This document shows positions 11,101 through 19,900 of a stretch of 64,000 nt of DNA, in pieces. Position 1 is the stretch's first letter. Each line of letters starts with the position of its first letter. A program made the position numbers and the translations under genes. The DNA comes from Candidatus Heimdallarchaeota archaeon (lineage in GTDB: Archaea > Asgardarchaeota > Heimdallarchaeia > Hodarchaeales > Hodarchaeaceae): positions 2,422,966 to 2,486,965 of the forward strand of contig CP070695.1 in NCBI GenBank assembly GCA_020353515.1. The letters run 5' to 3'. The notes beneath the pieces were generated by a model. The model had not been told where the DNA came from and did not search any database. It saw nothing but the letters and a program-made list of their open reading frames with translations.

Positions 11101-11718
11101 TTCTTGACTTCCAATGGTAGAATTCCCATAATACATTGAAATAGTGGTATTTACATCACTTGAGAGAAACGGAATCCGAATCCATGCGACAAGTAACGCA
11201 TGAGAGCCATTGAAGGCCACATTAAAATGCTCGATTTCGTGATCCAGTGTTTTGTTTAATGAGTCTATGAAGATTATATCATCCCCATCTACTTGTGTAT
11301 CATAACGAAGATCATTATCATAAAGTACAACAAGAACTGGAAAATCTCTTAAATTAGCTGCCACATTATCTGAATCAATAGTGATATTTTTACGATACTG
11401 AAAAGAAGGAGCTGCCCACCCTTCTACTTGAATATCAGCTTTCACAGGGAACGAATCAAAAGATGCTTCCTCTTTTATAAGGTCAGTACTCTCAGTCAAA
11501 TCTGAATTCACAAGGTTTAATCCTTTACTAACACTATTAGGTAAATCCTTACTGAATGTATCACTTTTAAGCTTTAATACTTTTATGGGATCATTTCTGC
11601 CATCAGATGCTTGATTGCTGAGAGAGAACGCAGTAGCGACAAATTGAATAATAAATATTACGAAAAGCAGGTATGTGAGAAATTTAAGCCTCAATTTCCA
11701 TCTTTTGCGTTCAAACAT
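5176..11718 (-). CDS. Giant single-pass surface protein: signal/anchor, DUF2341 + LamG/ConA-like domain, Asp-box (BNR) region, multiple Ig-like repeats, TM helix, cytoplasmic longin-like domain
   Basis: DUF2341 text (YRKNITID...FPVLV...DGDDIIF...LDHEIE...WIRIP.LS...TTISMYYGN); LamG (FDGIDDYI...FSGVIDELRL...WITTEYNNQ); Asp-box TIDNGTTW and STDGGNTW; repeated D..PP.I Ig-like starts; TM IILTVVVTVLVVSLFYLV followed by KRKKQK; tail of about 290 aa. Confidence 0.8.
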   Translation of the reverse strand: MFERKRWKLRLKFLTYLLFVIFIIQFVATAFSLSNQASDGRNDPIKVLKLKSDTFSKDLPNSVSKGLNLVNSDLTESTDLIKEEASFDSFPVKADIQVEGWAAPSFQYRKNITIDSDNVAANLRDFPVLVVLYDNDLRYDTQVDGDDIIFIDSLNKTLDHEIEHFNVAFNGSHALLVAWIRIPFLSSDVNTTISMYYGNSTIGSQENTTGVWSDNYVGVWHLGTDLTGSSLNSPDGTNQGSIDEVGKIGRARRFDGIDDYINLGVWNPGIGSRNYSISTWVRLDTTFDDTSSESMPIFGHFYTGNYDMALTFAGTDNSHNTDGGLYSKVEGGGGFEYVDSATRSWPGTTWIHIVATNDRTNGVGLIYKDSVSEGGIGSITGIPTFGTTGDYRIGRVTLDQAADEKFSGVIDELRLFNGVMSTDWITTEYNNQHDPTNFYVVGIEEQRDHDVPSDGLEIIIDNAVYDATDEYNPGPSIVFINDSHGYLFFQKTNGGMAEIVYYKTIDNGTTWEGPVNIDCGPPEYRFRSFSCWFDQWTPNNTGTKIHIIVNSILNDQMVYNYLDTKDDTSGGGWSVIMSSGGSHNAPDGGGAVTVTTEGDIFGASWMYNGPQFAKHNTSWYDITPSYSFLNDDDDHGQLLPLSDGDVLCIYEDSTANSLYSFVYHSDLNAWDASPTFVTTIISEIEAPEDNYNNNANWGATINPNTHTIYLTLNNDVLNATGDLETWIFFDHNRSWNQKTDVVTNCGIGGDEVKPAYDISNNTLFAIYISDKTVYIKNSTDGGNTWGSEKKVSTVQAAWIALRTNFISSERLYTIYFDNENNDVYGITIADLQRGPENATVRVKVLDLDNRIVPNARVNITNAYNTAINWTQNTTITGYTTFTNLPYDYYNITVEFEDSVNSTLSFLEFSANSTYQINPKFELNIRISEFIDNDPPTIQNVYFMNESILLDNASTFFTDVSDWSKFEVLLNLTVVNITNEVVLIHENFTMEAFNGDQYYNATALDTLTHRNVQIFYNIIAIDIANNTVVTQLYSLYLGDGFPPNIVEYDVIDYGNGTLQFYANITDNMSLVMDPVVLQINDSFVDMHQNASGFWVCYIEAYYGELLNFSIYSAVDSLGNENGSKLSLTPSFHTIIPEDHESPPINEGDIIDNFITHYHGHVEIYVSVEDQNHYQSGINESSVQLHVNINGETHSFVMIESEDHYYYNFEFEYNDIIYYWITVSDYANNPNSSETRGPFIIHDNSVPIASYWKTDWGNGTVDFFAEITDWPFNDTSAYLLYTQNYFGSWTNLSMYQVSDITYFVRVYSLEYNLQNLWYYVSTVDTTQNWFNPGINQASNFTLSDTVLPEIIYSIESSTEKDGEITVFAYAIDPFGDTHYVNNSFYINFAYSGNNITIEMEYDTFYRYKTSYEFPFGEEVEIKVWVNDNAGNLGDIIKIITTSDHAPPKIKGTDAIVFQNGTVTIWAEVIDDGSGLFDDNSSVLLDYTHIHHQTETMQWNHSGNFYTYSIHGFEPGIAFYYYITAFDKSENYDYTTPQEVVIYDKTDPICNNFGYRNTTLNQYQSHLIFWAEASDPFGSIDGVNLTINCPNGKNLGTKTAKMHYNGTHYIHSITMDCNQSFNYNILLYDKAFNNLSIGEINQKTSDFQPARMVNYGINASVSNIGEILFWCKIHDPFNSHNVTLSVIDNTLDKWILIETRMISNEIHYTFMLPIEYMHNFSYYMRIIDYGVLEGYYEASIYTNSSQMFDWWEPIIHLAGIEEINRTTVLFWVNVSDWGSGVSEVYLNYEFTSPENTGGFGSDLHINRVLMTFNQTYHITELSFTRTVTFKWFIEVYDSVYHSKNSISKDYTFLLPPPSLFDFLIEAIILTVVVTVLVVSLFYLVSTTYQKRKKQKLFDISEFQQKLDSILNTYVILATTAVGLPVYSVSNIMYQSSNAIQDVLSGLSVGIDTFLESFQSDIVNYFIETDSDLFDNQTKDNIKTSVIEKNKVQIQIISSPSFRIFLFLKEKPPEYIKSTFIAIARGLEEKISLPELGVVEESFVGPIAQKVFKQHFPLTLLSPFLIDCQRLKEIEQRIKRGDPISKNISRSSLNALKRLVIIKSNLDVNIEDPQAQINLFDKSLAQNKLRDLPPLILNEALDIFKILKVKTKVVYKALWVGSSPEVNILVSKESIPREEIPIIQ

Positions 11719-12008
11719 TTCATTATACTCTTGAATTTTTCAACCTTTACCAAGTAATGACCAGAGTCTCCTCTAATACTTTCTCAAGTTATAAAGGAAT
11801 TCCAACGCGTGGAAGCTCTAGCAGGAGAGAACTTCTACGACAAGTTCATTTGGGGCATATGATGAGCAGCAAGTATAAGTTAGGGTAGAGATTATTAAAA
11901 TTAACCAAATAAAATATGCGAAAACGTAAAAAATACTTAAAAGAAATTTTATTCATTCGTTTCCCGATAAAAAACCGTAATCTGTTATTAGCGGAACAAT
12001 CCTTCCTC

Positions 12009-12569
12009 TTATTGATATAATTTTGTAATTATCATTTCCCCAAGTGCAGAAAAAGCATAATCAACATTTGTTCCATCTTTAGCAGAAGTAGAGTAATATT
12101 CGATCTGTGAGTCTATGTTTGAGTATTTATTGACTAAATTATTGTCAATATGATCCCTCACAGTGTTAAAAGAAATTTTGATCTCATCAATCAAATCCAT
12201 TTTATTCCCTAAAACAATTATTGAGGCACTAGGTAATTCAATATTTTTTGAAAATTCTTTAAGCCACCTTTCCATGTTTTCCAGAGATCTTGGCCTAGTA
12301 AGATCAAAAACTATAAATGCTCCCGCTGATCCTTTGTAATACAATCTTCGTACTTGATCGAAAGCTGGTTGACCAGCTAAATCCCAGATTTGAAACCGAA
12401 TATCTTTCGGACCATATTCTGTATCTAAAGAAACTTGTTTAGATTGAAAATCTGAACCTAAAGTTGGAGTATATTCTAATGGAAACCCTTTTCCAAGATA
12501 CCTGTTGATTAGAGAGGTTTTACCCACCTCACCATCGCCCAGTATGCAGATTTTCGCAAGTAAAGTCAA
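12009..12569 (-). CDS. Rab-like small GTPase
   Basis: G1 GDGEVGKTS, G2 PTLG, G3 WDLAGQ, G4 NKMD, G5 SAK; Rab-like RRLYYKGSAGAFIVFDLT; no C-terminal Cys; TTG start. Confidence 0.95.
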   Translation of the reverse strand: MTLLAKICILGDGEVGKTSLINRYLGKGFPLEYTPTLGSDFQSKQVSLDTEYGPKDIRFQIWDLAGQPAFDQVRRLYYKGSAGAFIVFDLTRPRSLENMERWLKEFSKNIELPSASIIVLGNKMDLIDEIKISFNTVRDHIDNNLVNKYSNIDSQIEYYSTSAKDGTNVDYAFSALGEMIITKLYQ

Positions 12570-12728
12570 TTCACAATCATTCTATTTCTAATGTAATTAA
12601 ATTTAAAAACCTAAAGTAATTACTACTTCAGTATTTTATCACATAAAAAAGGGATAAAAACTCTCCACTCCTGATCTCGTTCTTAATATCATCATTTATA
12701 TTATTCTAGGATAATTCCTAGCCAATCT

Positions 12729-13304
12729 TTACAAATCTCCCTTGGAGGAGTAATGTAGTTCAATTATTCTCCTCCCAAGTAGAGAAAAAGCTTTGTCTAC
12801 GTTTTCCCCAGTCTTTGCAGAGGTTTGGTAATATTCAATATGAGGATCTACGTTTGAGAATTTATCCACCAAATGATTATTTATATAACATTCAATAGTG
12901 TCGGGAAAAACCTTAACTTCATCAGTTAAATCCAATTTGTTCCCTAAAAGGAATATGGATGATTTTTCCGTTTGTATATTCTTCGAAAATTCATCTAGCC
13001 ACTTGTCCAAGTTTTCTAAAGAATCAGAGTAGGTTAAATCGAACACCAGGAATGCACCTGCAGATCCTTTATAGTACAACTTCCGAACTTGATCGAAGGC
13101 TGGTTGACCAGCTAAATCCCAGATTTGAAACTGAAGATCTTTACGACCTAATTTCGTGTCCAAAGTAACCTGTTTACTTAGAAAATCGGATCCTATTGTG
13201 GGTATATATTCTGTCGTAAAACCTCTTTTGAGATAGCTACTCATTAGCGATGTCTTTCCTACCTCCCCATCACCAAGTAGGCAGATCTTCGCAAGTAGAG
13301 GCAA
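12729..13304 (-). CDS. Rab-like small GTPase (tandem paralogue)
   Basis: GDGEVGKTS, PTIGSDF, WDLAGQ, NKLD, SAKTG; shares long identical blocks with 12009..12569; no prenylation motif. Confidence 0.95.
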   Translation of the reverse strand: MPLLAKICLLGDGEVGKTSLMSSYLKRGFTTEYIPTIGSDFLSKQVTLDTKLGRKDLQFQIWDLAGQPAFDQVRKLYYKGSAGAFLVFDLTYSDSLENLDKWLDEFSKNIQTEKSSIFLLGNKLDLTDEVKVFPDTIECYINNHLVDKFSNVDPHIEYYQTSAKTGENVDKAFSLLGRRIIELHYSSKGDL

Positions 13305-13421
13305 TTTTCAATCATTTAAACTTATACCAAAAATTAACTTAAAAATCTAAAGGAATAGGATTTCAGATATCCTCTCACAACTTCAAGAAATAGGTCTCCT
13401 CACAAGAGGATTTTATTTTTT

Positions 13422-14027
13422 TCAACTTGATTTGATCTCATCAAAAGCATTCATTATATCTTCTGCTATCATTTTTCTTTTACTTTTTTCAATGAGATAA
13501 TTTTTCCCTGTTTGTAGATATGAAGGAAACGCTCGCTTTTCTTTGTAATAAAATTTTTCTTTCCGAATTTTATAAGTAGAACCACTAGGTATGACTCTTT
13601 TGCCTATTTTTCGTTTAGTAATATAGTAAAAAGCTTTAATTGCAACATCCCCCATTAACAGGAAACATTGAACATTTGGAAATTGAGATATCTCTTTCTC
13701 CAATATTTCTGAACAGTTTTTTATTGTTGCTGCTGAGACTGAATAACCAATCTTTCCACATTTAATTGCTGTGGTAATGTATACACCCTTGTCAAGAATT
13801 TCATCTATACTCGAAACATTGATACCTGCATCCTTGAAGGCATTAATCGTTGTTTCCAGATAAAATGGATTATTATCAGCATAAAAATAATCTTTCAAGT
13901 TATGTGGTGGAGCTTCTGAGATCATCAGTATTTTAATTGACTCAGGATCAATATCTATATCAGGTCGTATATAACACTCCTTATTAATGTCTTGACAAGG
14001 AAAATTATGACAATCTACGTCTTTCAC
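13422..14027 (-). CDS. Uracil-DNA glycosylase-like superfamily protein
   Basis: ILMISEAPP...YFY, YITTAIKC, NCSEILEKEI, LLMGDVA resemble UDG-superfamily motifs. Confidence 0.7.
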   Translation of the reverse strand: MKDVDCHNFPCQDINKECYIRPDIDIDPESIKILMISEAPPHNLKDYFYADNNPFYLETTINAFKDAGINVSSIDEILDKGVYITTAIKCGKIGYSVSAATIKNCSEILEKEISQFPNVQCFLLMGDVAIKAFYYITKRKIGKRVIPSGSTYKIRKEKFYYKEKRAFPSYLQTGKNYLIEKSKRKMIAEDIMNAFDEIKSS

Positions 14028-14069
14028 GTTTATAACCCTTCTTTGTCTTATTGTTTCTTCATGTAGAAG

Positions 14070-15317
14070 TTATAGTGAAAGAATTAACCAAAAAATGCCA
14101 TACATAATAATAACTACAATTAAAAGAAGAAAAATTGTTAATCCATATTTAGCGAAAATCCCTGGAGTGTATGGTTCAGGTGGAAGAAAATGTTTTAATG
14201 GTTCGTTTTCATCAAATATCATCTCAATATTTCGTTTTTTCAGCTCCTCAAAGAATAAATCTGGAACAGTAGCAGGTAAAGCTTCTGGGGGGAGAACTCC
14301 CGTTCCACTTATTTTTCCTTCAGCATAAAATTGAGCTGCAATTGCTGCAGGAATTCCTGTAAGCTCACCCATGGCAATACTCGGTGTACAATAAACCCAA
14401 TGGACAGGTTTATCATTATAAGATCCAAAAATATCTACACGTGCCGATGAGGCTGGGATTCCCCCTGTTGCGAAAAGCTTCTCAGTTGCATGAATAACTT
14501 TAGCCCAAAATTTTTGGCGAGATCTGCCTTGAATCAGATGAAGGTGTTTAAATGATTCCAAAACTTTGTTATTCCAATCAGGTGTCAATCCCCCTTTTAG
14601 TGTACACTCCGTAACATTCGGTAAGAATCTGGGAATTGAAACTGGTTCAGGATGTCCCCAATCAAAGATATTCACTTTGTTAATAGGGAGTGGAAAATCA
14701 ATTTTGACATTTCCTTTTCCAGCAGGCGCATTTATGAATTTTCCATTTTGATAAGAAGGAAAACTTCCCGTTACAGCATAATAAACGTGGAGAATCACTG
14801 CAAAACCCTCCGAATCAGCTGCCCCTCCTGCCCAGGATATATTAAATCGTACAGGGCCAGTATCTAGTTTATTATATGCACGAAGAGCCATCAAATTTGT
14901 CAAACCTGGAGTCCAACCATATCCAATGAAAATTGGGATACTGGCTTCTTTAGCAGCAATATCCATTTCCAGTACTTCTTGAGTAGGATCAGGATCATCA
15001 CATATATCAACTAAAGGAATTTTTGCTTCAATAGCAGCACGAGCAATTTTAGGGCCGAAGAAGTAGAATGGGCCAATGGCTGAACAAGCTATATCATAAT
15101 TCTTCATTAGATGAACTAGTTCGATATGATTGGTAGCATCAACTTTAACGAAATTTAATCGGGAGTCTTTCAATTGGGACATCAATTGGGTCGCCTTTTT
15201 CTCATTAATATCCGCTATTCCTATTTCTGTCCACATCGTACCAAATTTCACTGCATCTTTGACAATGTAACTTCCCATGTCTCCTGCTCCACCTAAAATT
15301 AATAATTTCACATTCAT
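14070..15317 (-). CDS. Saccharopine dehydrogenase-like oxidoreductase with C-terminal TM helix
   Basis: GGAGDMG Rossmann, IGPFYFFG, VDICDD, GWTPGLTN, GHPEP, TGIPAAIAA, GVLPPE; hydrophobic C-terminal tail. Confidence 0.85.
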   Translation of the reverse strand: MNVKLLILGGAGDMGSYIVKDAVKFGTMWTEIGIADINEKKATQLMSQLKDSRLNFVKVDATNHIELVHLMKNYDIACSAIGPFYFFGPKIARAAIEAKIPLVDICDDPDPTQEVLEMDIAAKEASIPIFIGYGWTPGLTNLMALRAYNKLDTGPVRFNISWAGGAADSEGFAVILHVYYAVTGSFPSYQNGKFINAPAGKGNVKIDFPLPINKVNIFDWGHPEPVSIPRFLPNVTECTLKGGLTPDWNNKVLESFKHLHLIQGRSRQKFWAKVIHATEKLFATGGIPASSARVDIFGSYNDKPVHWVYCTPSIAMGELTGIPAAIAAQFYAEGKISGTGVLPPEALPATVPDLFFEELKKRNIEMIFDENEPLKHFLPPEPYTPGIFAKYGLTIFLLLIVVIIMYGIFWLILSL

Positions 15318-15561
15318 TCACCGTTTTTCTGTGATTAAGTCTCCAATGATAAAAGGGCTGCTTTGGTGTACCCCAATCTTCCTTGATTGATAATTTTCGT
15401 AGTAAATTCACCACCAATGAGTGAATATCGTGAAGAAATCAGTAGTATTAGATTGTATGATATAATAAAATTTACCCTCCCAAAATTTGGTTCATAGTAA
15501 TTTTTTGAACCATTTATTCCTAGCTTTTATCAGTATAAGTTAATTGATGGTTGATTAGATG

Positions 15562-16773
15562 TTATTTTAGCTCTAATGATTTTTCCAATGTCGAAAAATT
15601 ACGATGACCTGTTTTTTCTACCGCAACAGTATCCTCAATTCGAATTCCCCATTTACCTGGATAATAAACCCCTGGCTCGACAGTTACGACATCCCCCTCA
15701 GCTAAGATGCTCTTTCTTGTAAAACTCAAGTAAGGCATTTCACCAATGGTCAAACCAACTCCGTGACCTAAACCATGAATAAAACCCTCTTCCATAGCCA
15801 TTCCAGGGTGTTTCATATAGTATAAAGGAGTTTTATGATTGCGCTTTTCAAGAATTTCACACACACTCTTGGAAATTACTTGACCATCAGTACCAGCGGT
15901 AATTTGGTCAAGGGCGGTTTGTTGAGCTACAGCAACATCCTCATACATTGTTTTAATTTCCTTAGATGCATTCCCGATAACAAAAGTTCTCGTTGTATCA
16001 AAACAATACCCTGAGGAAATATCCTGCGGGAATATATCAAAAACAATAGGAATTCCTGTCTTAATTTTCCGTTCGGGGGTTCCATGGTTATGAGGATCAG
16101 CCCCATCTGGGCCTGGAGCAAAAATTGTATCATGAACTGCTAATAAATTTGTCTCAACAAGCTTTCGATTAATAAAGGCCTTTACATCTGAAACTGTTAA
16201 GGAAGTCTGCTTGTACTGAACAGTATCCCCAGATACAGAACTGTTTCTGAGCATTTCCAAAGTTTTTCGTACCACAACTTCAGTCTTATTGGCTACATCA
16301 GCAATTAGATCAAGTTCATGGGAACTCTTTGTTCGACGAACTCGCTCAATTAAATCCGGTTCTGCGAGAACTTCATAACCTTGTTGCTCTAAACGACGTG
16401 TAATATCAATAGCTTGACCTGCTTCAATCATTCCGCTCAGAATAATTTTTTTCTCCACACCCAGTTCTTTAAGTACTTTATCATACATTCTTATTCGAGC
16501 TTCATCAATTCCGTGGTCTTGTATCAACTGGAGATAATTATAGTGAGAGCTTGATAGTACATTTTTGACCAAACCCTTTTTAGCGCTCCCGATATCGAGA
16601 TCTCCTACAATTAGTAAAGGATCCTCACCAGCTTTCTTAATATATAACCCACCTCGTGGAATGTTACAACCACAGACATAAGTAAGGGAAGGATTGCCAG
16701 ATGTACTCTGTCCTGTGATAATAATAGCCTCAACATTGACCTTATCTAGTTCAGTATCTAAATCCTCAATCAT
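15562..16773 (-). CDS. Xaa-Pro peptidase (M24 family)
   Basis: DIFP...DTTRT, HGLGHGVGL, TVEPGVY, GIRIEDTV. Confidence 0.92.
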   Translation of the reverse strand: MIEDLDTELDKVNVEAIIITGQSTSGNPSLTYVCGCNIPRGGLYIKKAGEDPLLIVGDLDIGSAKKGLVKNVLSSSHYNYLQLIQDHGIDEARIRMYDKVLKELGVEKKIILSGMIEAGQAIDITRRLEQQGYEVLAEPDLIERVRRTKSSHELDLIADVANKTEVVVRKTLEMLRNSSVSGDTVQYKQTSLTVSDVKAFINRKLVETNLLAVHDTIFAPGPDGADPHNHGTPERKIKTGIPIVFDIFPQDISSGYCFDTTRTFVIGNASKEIKTMYEDVAVAQQTALDQITAGTDGQVISKSVCEILEKRNHKTPLYYMKHPGMAMEEGFIHGLGHGVGLTIGEMPYLSFTRKSILAEGDVVTVEPGVYYPGKWGIRIEDTVAVEKTGHRNFSTLEKSLELK

Positions 16774-16879
16774 TGTTAATCATTTTCCATTAGATCATTT
16801 TTCGTTTTCTTTTAAGCCCAAAAATCGGGTTTATAAAAAAGAATTTGTACTAACTGATCAGAGCCTTATATTGTGGAGG

Positions 16880-16913
16880 AAAAAGAAAAAGGGAGAATAA
16901 CCCTTTTCTCCCC
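16880..16913 (-). terminator. Hairpin plus U-tract, putative terminator downstream of 16966..19986
   Basis: GGGAGAA (16891-97) and TTCTCCC (16906-12) inverted repeat; adjacent A-rich run reads TTTTTCTTTTT on the minus strand. Confidence 0.5.
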
Positions 16914-16965
16914 ATTTAAGTGTCTCACACTCAACCAATGGAGTTTTGAAAGTCTATAAGCTCAA

Positions 16966-19900
16966 TCAATGTCTTCTTCGCAAGAAAACAAGTACTGATA
17001 ATATAGCAAATCCTGCAATTAACGCTGTAAAGCCTGGTGTTGATACACTAGGACGCTCGATACTTGTGGTTGATGTGGATGGTTCAGGTTCTGTTGTGGT
17101 GGGAGCCGTAGTACCGTCAGGCTCAACTGGAATCGTAGTTGTAGGTTCTGGTTCAGGTATCTCAACCGTGAACCAAACACTTGTTTCCCCTGTATTTCCG
17201 ACGAGATCACTCGTATAGATAACAAGATAATGTGAACCTTCTGATAATGACCCTAGTAAAGTATTACCTGTGATAGTTATATTTGTGGCCCCATCCAGAG
17301 AGTACCCAATCCAGGAAGCGGGTTCGTCGATTGTAAAGTCAATCCAGACTTCATCTGTTGTATATGTGACATTCATCGGACCAGCTAGGTCAATATTTGG
17401 ATTAAGGGTGTCTATTGTAAACCAATCAACAGTAAAACTACCTGAATTTCCTGCAAGATCGTTGGTATAGATGGTAACATTATGGGTGCCTTCCGAAAGG
17501 GAGTCTAGTAACTTGTTTTCTGTAATTGTCACATTTGCAGCCCCATCGAGAGAATACCCAATCCACGAAGTGGGTTCATTCACAGTAAAGTTTAACCAAA
17601 TACTGGAGCTGGAATAACCTTGATTGGTAGGATTAGTAATGGTTATCTTAGGTGGATTAACGTCGTATTGACCCCATACTCGGAAGGAAAAATCAAACCC
17701 AGGATCTGATTCTTCTAAGCTACTGATTCCCCGATAATAATTGGAACTCACTCCAGGGATACCTCTCCAGTAATAACGATTTGCTGGTCCAGTAGATGGG
17801 GTATCAGTGCAAATGGAAATGTTGTAGGACTGACCAGCTATTAAGTGTAATGAACCAGGGATCGAGATATTCACCCAACCCAAAATGGTGATATCAGTTG
17901 GAAGTATCATTGTTTGCCATAGAATGTTTTGACCTTGTGATATATTAATCAAAACATTGCCAGGATCTCCATCTCTTGTGATATAAAGATCTAACCGTGT
18001 TAAGGTATCATAGACTGGGATAAATTCTTGCCAGCGGATTAAATCCTCATCAAGCATGACAGAAAGGCCTGTACTATCTTGGACTTGATCTAAATATGCA
18101 CTTCTATCGCAGAACAACCCTGTGGTCTTGAACGCATAGTCGAATGTAGGATTACTTGCCTGTTTATTAGTAATTCCCCGTGTATAATTAGATATTGGAT
18201 GGCCCATCCATAAATAATATTGGGTCAAAGGGATGTAGGGATCCTCACTCCGTACATAAATATAGTAAGAATTCTCTGGAATTAATGACAATGGCGCAGG
18301 GAAAGATATACTCACCCAACCTTCTGTCACAGGCATATCAGCTTCGAAGATAGTAGTAATCCAGAGTGTTGATTGATCATCAGTAATATTCACTAGGACA
18401 TTCCCAGGATCACCAATTCTTTTGAAGTAGAGGTCTAGTTGAGTTAACGTGGAATAATATGGTTTGAATTCTTGCCACGCATTCCAAGAATTACTAAAGA
18501 AATAACCTTCATCAATACTATCCTGGATTTGATCTGTAAACCCACTAAGATCACTCGATCGGATCCATGTCCGAAACGCGTAGTCATATGTAGGCCAACC
18601 TGACTGCACATTTGTATCACCTCGAGTATAATTGGATACAATGTGACCGCTCCAGGCATAATAATGTGTACCTGAAACCATAGGATCAACACTCCGAATA
18701 TAGATATAGTAGGAATTTCCAGGAATTAAAGGAAGAGCGGATAGGAAGGAAATACTCACCCAGCCACCTGGTGCTGGGATCTCCGCTTGGGAGACAGTGG
18801 TATTCCAAACAGTGGTCTGACCATCGGTAATATTCACCAAAACATTCCCTGGATCCCCCATTCTCTGGATATTGAGATCAAGTTGAGTTAACGGGGCAAA
18901 TAATGGTACAAATTCTTGCCATGCGTTCCATGAATCAGTAAAAGCAAAACCATAATTCACAGCTTCTTGTACTTGGTCTAGGTAAGTAGCTGTATCACTT
19001 GGAGTACTCCATGTTCTGAAAGCAAAGTCATATGTGGGCCAACCATCACCAACACTAGGCATTCCTCTATAATAATTGGACTTAATAAATCCCCTCCAGA
19101 CATACTGGTTGTCAACATCAGGAGAAGGAGCATCACTTCCAACAGAAATAAAATATGATTGTTCAGGAACCAAAGGGAGGGCAGGATCAACTGAAATGTT
19201 TATCCAACCAAAAGTGTTGATATCTGCTTCCAAGATGGTGGTATTCCAAAGCGTTCTGTGTCCATCACTTATTTTAATTTGCATATTCCCAGGATTGCCG
19301 TATTTGTTAATATAAAGATCCAAACGAGTCAGGGTTGAATATAAAGGCTTGAATTCTTGCCAGCGGATTACTTCAGCTTCAAACCAAAAGCCGTAATTAA
19401 CTCCGTTTTGTGTCTGGTCTAAATATATCTCTCTGTCATTTGATAGACTCCATGTCACAAAAGTAAAATCAAAATTAGGTTGAGTAGTGATGCTACTAAC
19501 TCCGCGTGTATAATTAGAGTTGAGATGCCCATCCCAAGTATATCGATCACTAGTGGATGTAGAATCTGTGTCACTCCTAACATAGATGTAATACAACCGC
19601 TCTGGGATTAAAGGAAGCGCTGATTCCAGAGTAATGTTCACCCAAGTAGCCCCACTCATAATATTTGCTTCCAATACAGTGGTGTTCCATAAGGATTGCT
19701 GGCCATCTGTAATGTTAACCAACATATTCCCAGGATTACCAATTTTATCAACATTAAGATCTAATCGAGTTAAAGTAGAATACATTGGTCTGAACTCCTG
19801 CCAGCGAATTACTGTGTCATCAAACCAATAACCATAGTTCTCGTCTCCCTGTGTTTGGTCTAGATCTTCACCTATCTCATAAGCTCCTGATGTTTGAAAT

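Noticed and set aside
13422-14027. UDG-like gene as part of the radical SAM/DUF4130 repair system
   Set aside because: About 48 kb away with no sequence evidence of linkage
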